Source: Callorhinchus milii
Taxonomy: Eukaryota
Assembly (NCBI RefSeq): GCF_018977255.1
Contig: NW_024704743.1
Coordinates: 81,408,001 to 81,472,000 of the forward strand
Length of the DNA: 64,000 nt
Direction of reading: 5' to 3'
Under the pieces are notes generated by a model. That model saw only the letters and a program-made list of their open reading frames with translations. It was not told where the DNA came from and searched no databases. The position numbers and the translations under genes are program-made. This document shows positions 35,421 through 50,400 of this stretch, one piece after another; within the stretch, counting starts at the first letter, position 1; every line of letters begins with the position of its first letter.

Positions 35421-38400
35421 GTAAGTACTGGTATAAGTTAGTTTTTTATCAAATTGGATGTTTTAAAGATATAGTGAGAGCTTGACTTTTTTAAAAAAAT
35501 TCTAATGACTTGTAAAATGTATTAGGGATTATTAGAGGTTGGTATTAGATAGAATCAATCTGGATATTGTTGATCTCAAACTATGAATATTCATTGACAT
35601 ACAACGTACAGCATTGCTGTTTTAACATTGCTTTTTCAATTGCACAAATTGCATATTGCAATAACAAGAGAATTGCCTTGTCAAAAACGTATGCTACACA
35701 TATAAATAAATTTAAATGTACGTCACACTCTTGTTTAACAGAACGGACAGCAGCTACTGGCATTTATGATTTCCTGAGAAAAATCAGCAACACCTCTATA
35801 AATTCCAATGGGATCTCGCTTCCAGGTAATTTTGATTCAAGTAAGCTAATTATTCGCTTTTCTTTTCATTTCCTGATATTGAACTTTATTTTTCTGCTTC
35901 TTCCTATTCTGCAAAGTTACTAAATCATACCCAATGCTCCAATTTGGCAGCTAACTGTTTACTAAGCATCCAGCGCCTTGGGTGTCATCCTGACAGGAAA
36001 GGAGCTTATATAAGTGCAATTTTGTTGTAGTTGAATCCTTGGATAGTTTAAAATCTGACTACCTAATGATATTACTTCACACTTAATAAGTGTAGATGTC
36101 GAGCAGGAGGCTTTAGGGGGTTCTTTCTTAAAACATTTGTTTCTACTGAATTTTCTTTCATTGTATTTTCTTCTTTGCTTTTATGTTTATTTCTCTCTCA
36201 TTACTTTTGCTACAACAGCTTCCTTTTGCAGTCTTGCCTGAAAATAATAGAATATTAATGTGAAGTGGTAACTTAATAATTGTGGTAACTTGATAAAAGT
36301 GAAATCATAATCGGCTCTTAGATTACTTAGATTACTTTTCAAAGCCTCTATTAAAACTTGTTGCTTGATATTGTGTCATTTTATCTTTGCAGCTTGTTCA
36401 GTAACTGGTGTTCCAGTACAGCAGAAATGGTTCTTTGCAATTCAAACAATCTATGGCTTTTCACAGGTAAACAATGCAAAAGTAAACTAAATCTATGTGT
36501 ATTAATGCTCAAATTTTAAGGCCACAAAATTACTAGATAGCTGGACATAAATAACTGCTCCATAGTCTTCGGCCCACCAAAATTATACAAACTTTTTTTG
36601 CTTTGTCTTCTAAAATTTGTTTTCTGCACATAATAACAAAGTGCATGTTTAACATTGGATTGAATTCACTAATCCATTGGACCAGCCCCGCTAGTTTCTT
36701 CTTGATCCACAGTAAATGTGCTGGTCTAAACCTCAAATGTTTGTCTTGAACCTGAGTATTTCTATATGAATTAAGTGTATGAGATTAGTAATAAAAAATT
36801 TGGTTTTATGTGGCGAATCGAAGATAACACAAACCAACCAAGTTGACAATAGACACCGAGCCAATTACTGATGATGAATCTAAATTAAAATCTGAGTTGA
36901 GATGATGAAAGATGGAGTGTGATCTTGAGAACGAGGAAATCTGGTCTGAATAAATAAGTGCCTGCAGCACTCATTGTTGGGTGAGATTAGATTATTGGCT
37001 GAGTGATCTTTTCTATTTTTGCCAATTCTGAATTTCTGTTGGATTGATTTTTTTAAAAAAGGACACAAATACCAAATAACAACAATCTATATAAATCACC
37101 TTTTACATCAGGAGGGTGTCTCAAAGTGCTTCATACAGCTAACTGGGAATCTGAGCTGGGGGGTGGGAAGGTGACAAAACGCATGGTTGAAAAGATAGAT
37201 TTTTAAAGCGGGTTTTGATTCAGCCGGGGAGTGGCAAGGCTCTGGGATGTGGGGTTAGAATGGCTGAAAGCTCACCCACGGATAGTGGAGGGAATTGGGT
37301 GGGGGACACTGTAGTTGATACTATATTTGAATTCTGCTGCTGTACCTTATTATTTTTACAGTTCTGTAGTTCAGAGTGGGAGGATATAGGTTCAACAGCA
37401 CAAGGAAATGATAGTGAAGAACTATTACCAAATTCTATACAAGATTGTCTGAATGGCCTCAACAATTATGAGGAAGAAGATGGTGATATGAAAGAATCTA
37501 CACCTCAATCTGAGTATGTACGACTTAAACTTTTAACATTAAATAAGATGAGTACTCCTTTTACAATATTCTGATTGTTGTAAATATGTTCAGATAATTT
37601 AATAACTTAGAGTTTAGTGTTGTGTGTGATTGGGCTGTGTAGTGAATGCTGTGAAAGGTGCTATAACATATGGAAGAATTATTATTTTTGAAGCCTGAAA
37701 TGATCCATTTCATTTCATTCTTTTAAAACTGTGCTTGATTTTTCTTTGCCACTGGGTGGCATCATGTGGAAGATCAGCAAACTCTGGTTTGTAGATTCCA
37801 CACACCACCGTCCGGTGGTTTCGAGTAGATATTACAGGAACGTGGAATGACTCAAACCCTACTGTATTGTGCTTTAAAAGTCGACTCTATCAATCCATGT
37901 ATATTTGCTTGTTTTTACTAAGTTTGATTTATGTATTACGTTGAAGCGTTATGTGAAATGGGAAAAGGCTTGTGTGCATTGAGGGTAGTGCAAGAATTTT
38001 GAGATTTGGAAGTATAGAAACTGAAGATTTTATTTACAGCAATCTCTTGCTTTACAGATTATTTGAAGAGGCTGCAGAGGGTTTACATCAACTTGCAGAC
38101 AAACTACCTCCTCCCGGTAATACCCAGAATACGTTTCCTTATATTGTTGTCGAAGTGTCTTGTTTGACAAAAGCAGCATTGCTATCAATCTATCAGCATC
38201 TTGTTATTTTTTGTAATATCACATGCGTGACTTTCGTGGAGTAGAGCATGGCAAAAGACAATCTGTATGGTTGTAGAGAGGAGGCTCTTTTACAGTGCAT
38301 TGAAAAATGTTTCTTGGAACAATATGTTAAGATGCAGTTTCTGATTTGGCCAGGGCAATGAGCCGGTGCAAATGTGCAACTGGAAGGTAGAACACTTGGG

Positions 38401-41400
38401 AAACTGTGACCAGATGATCAGGTTTATTGTTAAAAAAAGGGCAGAATAAAGGAGGAGTCCATCATTCAGGTACTAAATTGGAAAATAACAAATTTTATTG
38501 GATTGTAAAAAGACTTGGCACAGATAAGTTGGTAGAAAAATACCAGGTGAAGATATTTGAAGTTGAATTGGGTAAGGTACAGGTGAAACACATACCTAAC
38601 AAAAGTTTTTTTTAAAAAAGAAGTTAAGATTCTGCTTGCTGCAGACAATCCAGAACTCCAGCCCACGACCTTTCCTCCACCAAGCTCCGTAAGCCCCCAT
38701 CCTCACTAGGATCCATTGGCTCCCCAGTGCATCGAATCCTTCCAAGATCTCATCCCACCCTACCTCTGTAATCTCCTTAAACACAACTGGCCCCGCCACT
38801 CCCTTCAAGTCCCCTGCCCAACCCACTATTGGCAGTCGGTCTTTCAACCTATCTGCCGCCACTCTCTTGAACTCCATCCCGGAGTCCCTCCAACTTGCTC
38901 CCTCACTCACCTCATTTGAGGTTGTCACAAGAACTACCTCTTTGACCAAACTTTCAGTCATGTTTCTACTCTCCATCCCCCTTGGCTCCCACACCCAACT
39001 CAGGGACAAAGCCAGTACTAATAAGACATTGGGAGAATCCTCCTGACATAAATGAATATTGTATTGTATTACTTCATTTTGTAATTTAGATTTATTTTAT
39101 ATGTTCACGGTTGAACCAGAATGCTGGGATTGGGGGCTGTTCAGCTGAAACTTTTTTTCTTGTGATACTTGAATACCTAAATAAACACATAAATTGAACG
39201 CTGGCAGGTCAGCCAATGAGTACGTTTAATGAATTCTGTGGTGTATCTGTGGAAGAACGAGAAGATACAGTGGGATTTGAAGAACACTAAGAATGAGTGA
39301 TGTGCTGAATCCTAGGAATTTGATGCAGCCACATCTCCTATTCTGCTTTGTTTTTGATTTCAACCTCACCAGGGAAGTGCCACAGAAAGGAGAGAAAATA
39401 AAGTAATTTAGGTCAAAAGTTCAGACTGTACCTTGTGACTGGCTCAGGAACAGTGGCAAAGGCCTGGAAGCTGCTTAGTAATAGTGACATTGCTTTTTGT
39501 TGAACATTTAGCTTTAGTAAAGCTCACACCTATTGACTTGCTTCTCTATGTGTGTATATAAGTGAGACCGATATAGCCATAAATGATGTTTTATTACGAA
39601 TAACGGAATATGTAAATTGATACATTTGAGAAAATGATTTCAGATGTGTTCTAAGATTGTTATTCAGTTAAATTTGCTTTTTTTTATCAGAGACACAAGA
39701 GAGCATCTTATGATGTGCTGGGGCTGAAATGTCTCTGAGGAGGTGAAGCCAGGCAGGTCGTCTACAGTAATTTAATGTACTATTTATGGTTGAGCAGACT
39801 GCCTGGCTCAACCTTTCCAGTGTATACATTTAAAACTTTTTTTTACCCAAAACCTGTTCTAAATTGTGAATGCATAAAATGAAATAATATGCACCTCTGT
39901 AAGTTTTTAAGGCTCAATCTGTTGAACTTTGTTAACTCAAGATAATAATCCCTTTCTCCCCTAGTTTTGTAATACTGTAATCCCTTTCCTCAGCTATACT
40001 ATCATAATGCTATCTTATCCTCTTGACTAGTTAGTCCTCTGCGCTCCAAATAATTTCTCAATTGTAAAAGCTACTGTTTTTCATATCAAACCCCATCCAA
40101 AAACAACTTTTGGCAATGAATTTTAGCAGCATTGGGAATGTGGCATCATTCTACCATCTGGCTTGCTCTCGCATGTTAAGAGCTCTCACTAGAATTTGCA
40201 ATATTGTTCACTTTCTCAACATAGTTGACTTGGAAAATTGATTTACTGGGGCTGAAACGGATCTGAGGAGGTGAAGTCAAGCAGATCGTCTGCAGTAATT
40301 TAATGTACTATTTATGGTTGAGCAGACTGCCTGGCTCAACAATATGTAGCCACCATTGACCCCCCAAGTCAAAGTCCTAATAGGTAAATTAGTTCTAGAT
40401 GAGCAAGTATCTTGTGGCAAGTTCTGATTACCAGGTTAATTTGCTCAAGGTTTTTCCCGAACTATGTATTCTCTATCCCAACGTGTTCCACTCTTTTTTT
40501 CTCCCCTCCCTTGAAGATATCAATTCATTCTAGCGTACAGTTCCAATGGCATCATTTGTCCTTCATTATCTTGATCACGTGTGAGACGAGATAATTGAAG
40601 GTTTGTGACTGTGTGTGTGTCACATCTGAGCCTGACTTTGTTCTCATCCATTGTTCACTATCTCACACCGCAGGCGCCGAAACCCTCATACACGCTTTCA
40701 TTACATCGAGGCTTGACTATGCAAACTCATTGCTGGTCGGCTTCCCCAACTCCTCCCTCCATAGGCTGCAGATCATCCAGAACTCTGCAGACCACATCCT
40801 CTCCCATACCAGGCTCCATGACCCAATCACCCCCATCCTTGCCTGACTCCACTGGCTTCCCATCACACACAGAGGATATAGTTCAAGATCCTGGTCCTCA
40901 CCTTCATAGCCCTCCATGGTCTTGCTCTCCCCTATCTCTGCAACCTCCTAACCCCCTACCATCCTGCTCGTTCCCTCAGCTTCAACCTACTTCACGTCCC
41001 CTGCCTCGCTTGCCCCACTATTGGCGGGCGGGTCTTCTGCCACTCTGCCCCCACCCTCTGGAACTCCATCCTGCAGTCCCTCCCCCTCGCCCCCTCCCTT
41101 ACCTCCTTCAAAACCCATCTCAAAACGCTCTTCTTCAACTGTGCAATCGATCACTCTCCTTTTCCCCCCCCTCCACCCTCCCCGACCCCCAGCTTGGATC
41201 TGAAACTTTGTCTGTCCAGGGTCCTGGGATGTCCTCCCAACGTGAAAGGCGCTATACAAATGTAATTTTGTTGTTCTTGTTGTTCACAAATGCACTTTCC
41301 AGCAGAGTCACAGTAAAGTGACAGGAGTGAGAAATCTGGTTAATTTTCCGTTCTCTTGCCCAGGGAAAGGGAGGGCAATATCGGTCTAAGCTGAGACCTG

Positions 41401-44400
41401 CAAACTCAGCTAAGGTCAGAGATCAGATTTGGTCAATACAACTCATCTTATACACTTGCAAGTGGCTTACAAGCTGTCTTCTACCTATTATACAAAATTT
41501 GTCACGTAAGACAATTTCACTGTAATGAAATTGATTGTGGAATTGTATTTGATAATGTAACAGGATTAGCATTATGTTTTGCTTCAATAATTGTCTAAAA
41601 TACATCATCTACTACATTTGAGACGCTATCCTGCAAATTTATAGAATGCACAAGTGATTTAAAAACTGCATTATGGCCAACCCAATTTATTAATGTTTTG
41701 AATAAGGCTACCAATGAAACTGCAAATTGATCCTGTTGTAAAAGTACCATGGTGTAGTTATGTTAGAAATAATGATTCTTGACTGTATGTCAGGTTCAGT
41801 TAAGCTAATGAATTATTAGCAGTGCTATGCCAGCAAACAGAAATGTAATTTAAATTGCAACCAGTGTTGGCACAGAATAGATAACTGAATATTATAATCC
41901 TGATTTTTTTCTTTAACCGATCTTTGCGCAGAAATTAAAGTAATGTATCGTTCTTTTTCCAACCCTTCCCCATGGGCAAAATAAAATCTGATTTATAGCA
42001 CATAAAAGTAGCATTAAAGCAAAAAAGATATCTCTAATACTGCAATGCTGATATTTCTTTTTTCATGTGCAGTGAACACAATTAGATTGACCTGCTGTTG
42101 GGTTTTCCTATTTTTGTCTTTTTTCTGCTAATCTTTTATACTGTTGACTGTGTATTTCAAAATGATGCTCTGTTACCACAGTGCGTCTTAAAGCTTTTCA
42201 TGCAAATGCATTGTGACTTCCAGGTAAAAACTTAATATTGATTCTGCTTCTAATGAAAGATGCTGGGCAACTGTCCCTTTGAACTTTACCTTGAACAGAA
42301 GGCTAGATATCAGATTTTAATATTCATGCGCATCCTCTAAAAGCAATCTAATGAGAACCAGGATAATATTGCCCGGCTTATTTTTTTTAATGGGCAGAAT
42401 GGGACTGAATAATATAATAAACCCAAAGAATACATTAAAGTAAGTTTTGCATGTCTAAATAGAAAATTAAATGCATTTAGATAGCTAATTCCACTCAGAA
42501 TGAAGGGCACAAACAAAAGTGAAAAACATTTTCAAAGAATGTTTTCATTTATCAACAACGATAATTGGAGGTTCAAAGTCAATCGGATACTATTGTAGTT
42601 CTTAACATAAACAATGTCAACATTATTCACATGACATGCTGAGCAGCTTCTAGGAAACCCAAGTTTTAGCTTAAGGCACTGAGATTTCTGAAGTTTTTCA
42701 AAATATCTTAGAAAAAAAATTTGATTTTTCCTGAACTTATGGACTCTTTATTCTGACTCTTTTTCTCAATCTCCTCCTCCTCTGAAGATACCAATTAATT
42801 TGGGCATTTGGTTCCAGGCGCATTAGTTGCCCTTCAGTATCTGGACCAAGTTCTGGGGGAGTATGTTTGCAAAACTGAAACTTAAAGGAATTGACAAATG
42901 TGCATCACCATCTTGTTTAATTAGACTCACTTCACAGATATTGTATTTCACGGGCCTGGTGCTTTCTTAAGCACTTTTGAATACAGTTCTACCAATAATT
43001 GCTGAATACATGTGAACGTACATAAAATTATAACGGCACAGAAAGTGGCTAGGGTGCTTTGTATTTGCACAAGAATTGTACATTTAAATTTATGTTCCGC
43101 TGTGTAAAAATGCTTGAAAGGGGCTTTTGAAAATAATTGTTTCGATTTAAAACAATATATATATTTTTGTTCATATTTTTCCCACTACATTTCTTTCTTT
43201 GCAGGAGACCTTACTTACTCAATGATAAAGAATGGCATAAAGCTATTCTAGCTCATCTTTTTCTCTATCTCCTCCCACCCTTTCTCCCCTCACAAATACA
43301 TCACAGAGAGATAGAGGAAGACACACATAATCACACATAATAACACAACCACACACACAGTCACAGAAAATTGCCAAACATTTTAGGACATTAAATCAGA
43401 GGGTTGGGTTCTAACAAATGTAGCATAATCTTTGCAGTTGATATGATTTATAACATCAGTAACATTTCAAAGCATTTTTACAGGTAATTGTAGCCAAGTG
43501 TAGTCTAGTTCTGGGTGAGTCTTTGTCCAACTAAACGTTGAAAAACCTGAGGCTATACTGCTTGGCTTATGCTTGCATGAAATCAACTCAGGCATCTACT
43601 ATAATAGTCTCCTCATCTAGAACTCTTAGCATTCTCTCCCACACTAAACTCCATGACACCCATCCTCTGAACCCACAGATTAATGAAAATATGCATATTA
43701 CAAAACCCAAATACATTGTTAGGAACAATGAGGCAATTTAGTTATGAGACATACAACCTACCAACCTGTTAAGTCAGTTATTGTCATGATATTTTTTCTA
43801 AATTCCATTTATTTTTCTTAATTTTCAGTTACAAGTATATAGATTAATTAGAAAATGCTGTCACTCTTGAGTGTTGGACTTCTGTTTTATATTAATAATC
43901 TTTGAATATAATATTCTGCAGTGCCTTTCATGTCAGGAGCACATCTCAAAGAGCTTTACAGGATTTACTGTAAAGTGTAGTGACTGATTTGCAGACAACT
44001 GTTTTCAGGCTAGTCTGAGCTGTCATTCTGACGTGTTCTCCCTTTCTTCTGACAGGCAGGGGATTGTTAGATCTAATCTTGCTAGTCTCTGGTGGGGGTG
44101 TTCCCCGCTTGAAAGACTGGCTCCCTGTTGTTGGAGCTTTTAAACATCTGAGGGAATGGCATTCAGCAGAAATTGCTATAGCAACAAAAGATGGCAAATG
44201 GTAAGTGTTTAAACATTTAACCAAATTCACTAATGTTCCCTAGTATCCTGACTTATCGCTCAGCATCTTGGAGGTGGAATTGGCTGAGTCTGGATTCATG
44301 AATACGTGCTCATATATTCAGGGTTTGATATCTGGTATTCTGACCAACAATCTTCCAGACAAATAGGCGATTAACCTCATGACTGTTTGTGGGGCCTTGC

Positions 44401-47400
44401 TGTGCAAAATGCTATACACATTTGCCTACAAAAGTCACTACACTTGTCAATTACTGTAAAATGCTTTGAGACATTTTGATTAGACGCTATATATTTGAGC
44501 TCTTTCTTTATAATTATGTGAATGAATTATTGGTATTGTTGATCAAACGGAGAAGGAGATGAGTTATTTTAGGAACCATTCTGAATGTATTTACACTAAT
44601 AAAACTGAACGTGCCATAAACTGGGATTGTTGACTGCAGTGTAGTCATATTCTCATTTCCTACAAATTTAAACCATACTGTGTCTGACAAATGGTGTCTA
44701 CAAGAATGTTTTCAGATCCAACAATCCATCCTAAATTTATAACTTCCAAAAATAGTTTTTAAGTAGTTTATTATTTCCATGTCCTGGCATCTGACAAACT
44801 TTCTCTAATTGTAGTTGGCAGAAAATTGCAGAATACCTGGGTGCAACTGTTGTTGACCCAGAAAAACTTGAGAAGGTGATCGACCCAATGGTGATATGGA
44901 GAGGGACGGTACAGATCCGAGAGAGAAAGGTACAGTCTTCGCATTTCATTAATTGCAGATTTGTCATGAGTACAATAATTATCCAATCTATCCTTCGGAT
45001 GAGATGTTAAAATGGGTTGCTTCTGTCAGTTCTTTGGGAGGATGTTAAAGATCCCATTATACTATTCTAAAAGATAAGCAAGGTTATCCCATTTCCTTGT
45101 CCAACAGTCTTCTGGATTTATGGTTCATCAGGATTAATCAAGATTTTCCTGCGCAGAAAATAACGCAATAAAATTCAGTAAAATAAGCTTGCTTATTTAC
45201 TTAGTATAAGTAAATAAAGGATTTGTGTCATTTATTGAATGAGCAAGAAAGAACTTTATATTCCAATCATAACTAAGTTATTTGTGAGTTATAAATTCGG
45301 CTGTCAAGCGAGAAACCTGGGTTCAGTTCCCAGCAGGGTGAAACCTTGGGCAAGCTTCCTTACTTCACACGCCTAAAAATAATCCCTCAAGAAACAAAAC
45401 AATAATAAATTGGTCACTTCAATCCACGACTTTTTGTGGGACGCTGCTGTGCGCAATTGGCTGCCGCATTTCGCCCACAAATGTACAGTAAATTCACTTT
45501 ACAGTCTTTTCTATGAAGCACTTTGAGACGTCCAGAAGACGTGAACAGCGCTATATCAAATGCAAGGATTATTATTATTTTGACATCGGAGATTAATGCA
45601 GCTGATTAGATTTTATGGTTATTCCTGGTTTCTGGAACTCCATCCCAGAGACTATCCTACTTTAAAACTCCCACCTCAAGACATACCTCTTCAACCAGGC
45701 TTTTGGCCATCATTACGCTCTCCACCCCGGCACACCCTCTTCAGCTTCCAACCCCAGCCTTGTGTGCACATCAAGCTGTGGAAATAAGCCATTTGGGACA
45801 CTTCCCACTGTGAAAGCCTCTATATAAATGTAAATTATATTTGAATCTACTAAGATGAAAATTTGCAATCAATAGTGCTGCATACAATCACTAATCGAAA
45901 CAGACTACAGAAATTTGTAAGGCAAATATTTTATTGCTGTGTTAAAAAAGGTAGAGTTGAAACTAATGCAAACTGATTTAATCTTGATGGAAATAAATGA
46001 TACGTGTTAACCTGGTGTTCATTTTTTTGAATAAAGTGATAGATGATAACCTGCAGCTTTTTTTTGGGTTGTAACTGCTCATATTTGATTTCTATCTAGG
46101 TAACAAATAGCATTAACCATGCAGTGATACATTTAGATATAAAAGTGAAGCTCATTGCTTTTCTGTGTCATTCCCACATCAACATTCCTGCCCCGCTGCT
46201 TGCTATGAAGCATGGTGCATTAATCAACCATTACTGAGATCTTCCTGGCAATTTATCTTTCAACTTTCTCTTTGGGATATTAAAACGAGTGTGTCCAACA
46301 TAATTTGGAGACCACCTCATGATAGGAATTATCTCTCACTGAATTAATCTTTTCAAATACAATGTACTAGAACAGTGAGACATAGTTTAACATTCACATT
46401 GTTATTTTTAATTATTTTAAATAATTCCTTATTTCAGCTGAGCTGCTTTGGGGTGATGAGGCAACCCAAGAAAAGTTTTTTTTTGGTAAATGCTGGAAAC
46501 TGGTTTTGATTAAAACAAAGTGCATCTTTCTCCTTCAGGTCATGATTGATTTCCTATGGATTTCAGAATTTTCTGATTTTATTATAGAAAATTGGTAGGG
46601 GTGTTTTCATATACCTCCTAGTAGCTAACTGGCTCAAGCAGATTGCGTAAGGTCCAACAAGACCTATAATAATAATCGTTGCATTTGATATAGCGCTTTA
46701 TCACGTCTTCGAGACATCTCAAAACACTTCACAGAAAATACTGTAAAGTGAATTGACTGTATTGTGTGGGCGAAACGCAGCAGCCAATTGTGCGCAGCAG
46801 TGTCCCACAAACAGTCGTGGATTGAGTGACCAATTTATTATTATTGTGTTGAAGGAATTGTTACCCCTGGACAATAAGACATTAAATGTGATTCATCTCA
46901 GTTCTTGGGCGGATGGTGTTAAATATCCCATGACCTATTTGAAGAGAAGGGTCTCTCCCAATGTTCTACACAACAATCCTCCAGACTAATTGCTTAGTAC
47001 CATAGAAATTTACATCACAGAAGAAGGCATTTAGCTCATTGGGTCTGCTGGCTCTTTTAAAGCGCAATCATTTCAGTCCTACGTACCCATCGCTTTCTTA
47101 TGTGCTGAATGGCTGTCATGTTTACCTACCAAAAAAATCACTACATGGCAACGGTAATTTGAGAAGCATTTTGTGAAGCACTTTGAAACATCTTGACATT
47201 ATAGGTGCTCAAAAAGAGCAAGTTCATTCGTAGTGATCCATGTTGGAAGAATATTTGTGTTAACACTATGTGAGGATGGGATCAGACAGACTGCAGATAC
47301 TCACTGTCTTGAATCATGCATGGAAAATGGGCGTTTGGAAGACCTGCAGAGTGATTGAGACCTTTGGAGGTGTAGCCCAGACAAATGCATCAAGTAGCAC

Positions 47401-50400
47401 CGTAACCTAATGTGTGAAAATTAGTGGAAAAAATAAATCTAAAGGAAATGATCTTCTTGGGGATTCTTTAACATTTGTTTTTTCTGTGTTGTGTTGTACT
47501 ATAAAGAGAACTAGACTTGTTAGATATAGTACTTGTCCTCTACAACAGTTAATACATTTAGTCATGTATTGACTTTGAAGTATTTCTTCATTACACTCTT
47601 AACTTTCCTGAAGTCCCTAAGCCTTACCCCATCCCCTGCCTCCATCAAGGCCCATCTCAAGACCTTCCTCTCTGACTCTTTGGTCATCTTTCCACCATGA
47701 TCCCCTCTTGCTATCTATCTCTCTTGACTTCAGCCTGCAGCTTGAATGCAAACCATTGACTGTCCGTTGCTTTGGGATGTCCTCCTGAAATGAAAGGTGT
47801 TGTTATTTCCATTATTTATCAGAAACTTGGTATTTCCATATCAAGTTTCCAGTCATTTTTTTCTTTGCTTGATGTACTTTCACTACCACACGTAGGTACT
47901 GATGAAACGCTTTTTGCTTTTTAATGACTGAAATAAGATGCACATAATTAAATCTTAAGCATATCTCAAGCATACTGAATTGATTTAAACTGCATCTCCT
48001 ATTCAATCAAAATCACAGAAGCATTAATCTCTGCCTCATCTTCTGTAACCAACTAAGATATTGATACAGACTTGTAATCAGATATGATTAGTTTTATGAG
48101 AAGGAGACTATCAATTAAGAAAGAGTAACCCCTTTGTGGATTTATTTAGTGTCTCTGAGAAGGATTTCAGCCTAGCTCATTTGATAGGACTCTCTTGGGT
48201 CAGAAGGTTGTGTGATCAAACCCCATTTCGGGACTTGAAACTCATATAGTCTTTGCTGGCACTGCAATGCAGAGCTGAGGGTATGCTGAATTTTGTCTTT
48301 CAGATGAGATGTTAAAACAAGGTCTCATATGTAGCTCAGTGGTTAGAGCACTCACCTTGCAAGGGAGAGACCTGGGTTTGATTCCTGGCGGGGCGAAACC
48401 TTGGGCAAATTTCTTTACTCCACACACCTGATAATAATCCCTCAATAAAATAAAATGCAGAAAAAAATTAATAATTTGGTCACTCAATCCACAACTGTTT
48501 GTGGGACTTCTGTGCGTGATTGGCTGCTGTGCTTCGCTCACAAATATAGAGTCAATTCACTATACAGTATATTCTGTGAAACGTTATGAGACGTCTAGAA
48601 GATGTGAAAAGCGCTATATCAAATGCAAAGATTATTACTCTATTATTAAGATCTCATCTGCAATAAAATTGATTGTTTATTTCATGGCTGTTTGTGGGAT
48701 ATTCGTAGAATAACATGTTTTCAGAAATTTCTGATGGTTATGATGTTCCCAGGTATGCAGAAATCAGTAGAATTTACTCATCAACCTACTGACAGTTAAA
48801 TGCCTTTGAAAAATATGCTGACTCAATCCAAACCATTAACTTGTCTTCACTAGTATGAACCCCTAGCCTGCTTGTGCTTCATTATGTAAACACAAAGCTA
48901 CTGGCAATCTTTATAGCTGAAAAATAATGATCTGAAGATAAAGGACATTTTTTCTATCTCTTTTCAAAAATATACCTTTTTTCCCCAAGATGTATTTCAT
49001 AAAGCAGACTATATTTAGTTAGTTACTCTTCCTTATATCTTCCTTCCTTCTGTCCCCTTTGCTCAGCTGGCTCTGGCCTCCTGCAAATCCCTCATCCCTT
49101 CCACTTCATGGTCAGTAGCCACGCCTTCAAGCCACTACACCCCAAAACTATGGAACTCTGTCTCAATCCCTCCATTTTGCCCTGTCCTTGCCCGCCTTCA
49201 AATCAATCTTAAAGACCTTCCTCTTTGACTGTGCCTATATTCACCTCTATCTGGCTCGGTATCAAGCTCTGTCACTGTTAAGGACCCCCAAGATTCTACC
49301 TCGCGTGAAGGGCAACAAAGATGCAAGATATTGTTGTTGTACAACAGTGGGAATCTGCACAAGTAAAGAAAATTGTTCATTCTCAAACTGTGCTTTTTAT
49401 TCCCTTTTTAAAACGTTACTGGAGAGATAGTAAAGGTTTGCCTACAAATAAACAGTCACTGCAAATTAAGGAAGATCCGATGAAGTGTTTTGAGATGTTT
49501 CAATCATGTGATAAAGAGCTATATCAAACACAAGGATATTTTTATATAGATGTACTATTTTAGAACTACAGAACTGGTAAAGATAAACAGGCAAGAGATA
49601 TTTATATGTAAGTGTTTGTAATTTTAGCTAATTTTCTCTCATATCATCCCACAGTCTTCAGATATTAATAGTGGATCATTTTGGTGGGGGGAGGGTCATG
49701 TGACGGATGACTTGGCCAAGATTGTCGGCCTGCGCTCCAGGCAAAGCAAGTGTGAACTGCAACCCAAGCATTGGTAATCAAATAGTTAGAATAACAAAGT
49801 TTAAGGACTCCACAAATCCTAAGACATTAAGGGTAACATTTATGATGTTTGATAACTAACAATAGCAAAATGTATGCCTACTCAATGGGATGTTGCCTGG
49901 TTCAGTTGGTCGCACTCTCTGCTCTCAGACAGAAGATTGTTGGTTCATACCCCACATTGGGACCTACACTTACAGTCTAGGCTGACACTCCAGTGCTTTG
50001 CTGGAGGAGCTTTGCATGGTCAGACCGGTTGTCATTGAATGAGAGAGTAAACCAAGCTTTGTCTGGCTGTTTGTGTGGACATTAAAGATCCCCTGGCACT
50101 ATTGGAAAAGAAAAGGAAGTTTCACCCAGTGTTCTGGCTAATGATCCTCCAAGTAAAATTGGTCATTCACTTCATTGCTATGTGGAGTCCTGTAGCTCAG
50201 TGGTTAGAGCACTCGCTTTGCAAGCGAGAGACCTGAGTTCAATCCCAGGCAGAGGGCGAAACCTTGGGCAAGTTTCCTTACTCCACACAGAGCCTAATAA
50301 TAATCCCTCCAAAACAAAAAACAATAATAAATTGGTCATTTTCAATCTACGACTGTTTGTGGGACATTGCTGTGCGCAATTGGCTGCCGCGTTTGCCCAC

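Noticed and set aside
50184..50260. tRNA-Ala(TGC)-like sequences at SINE heads, here and in other copies
   Set aside because: The acceptor stem is incomplete and each head runs into SINE or other retroelement sequence, so these are not tRNA genes.
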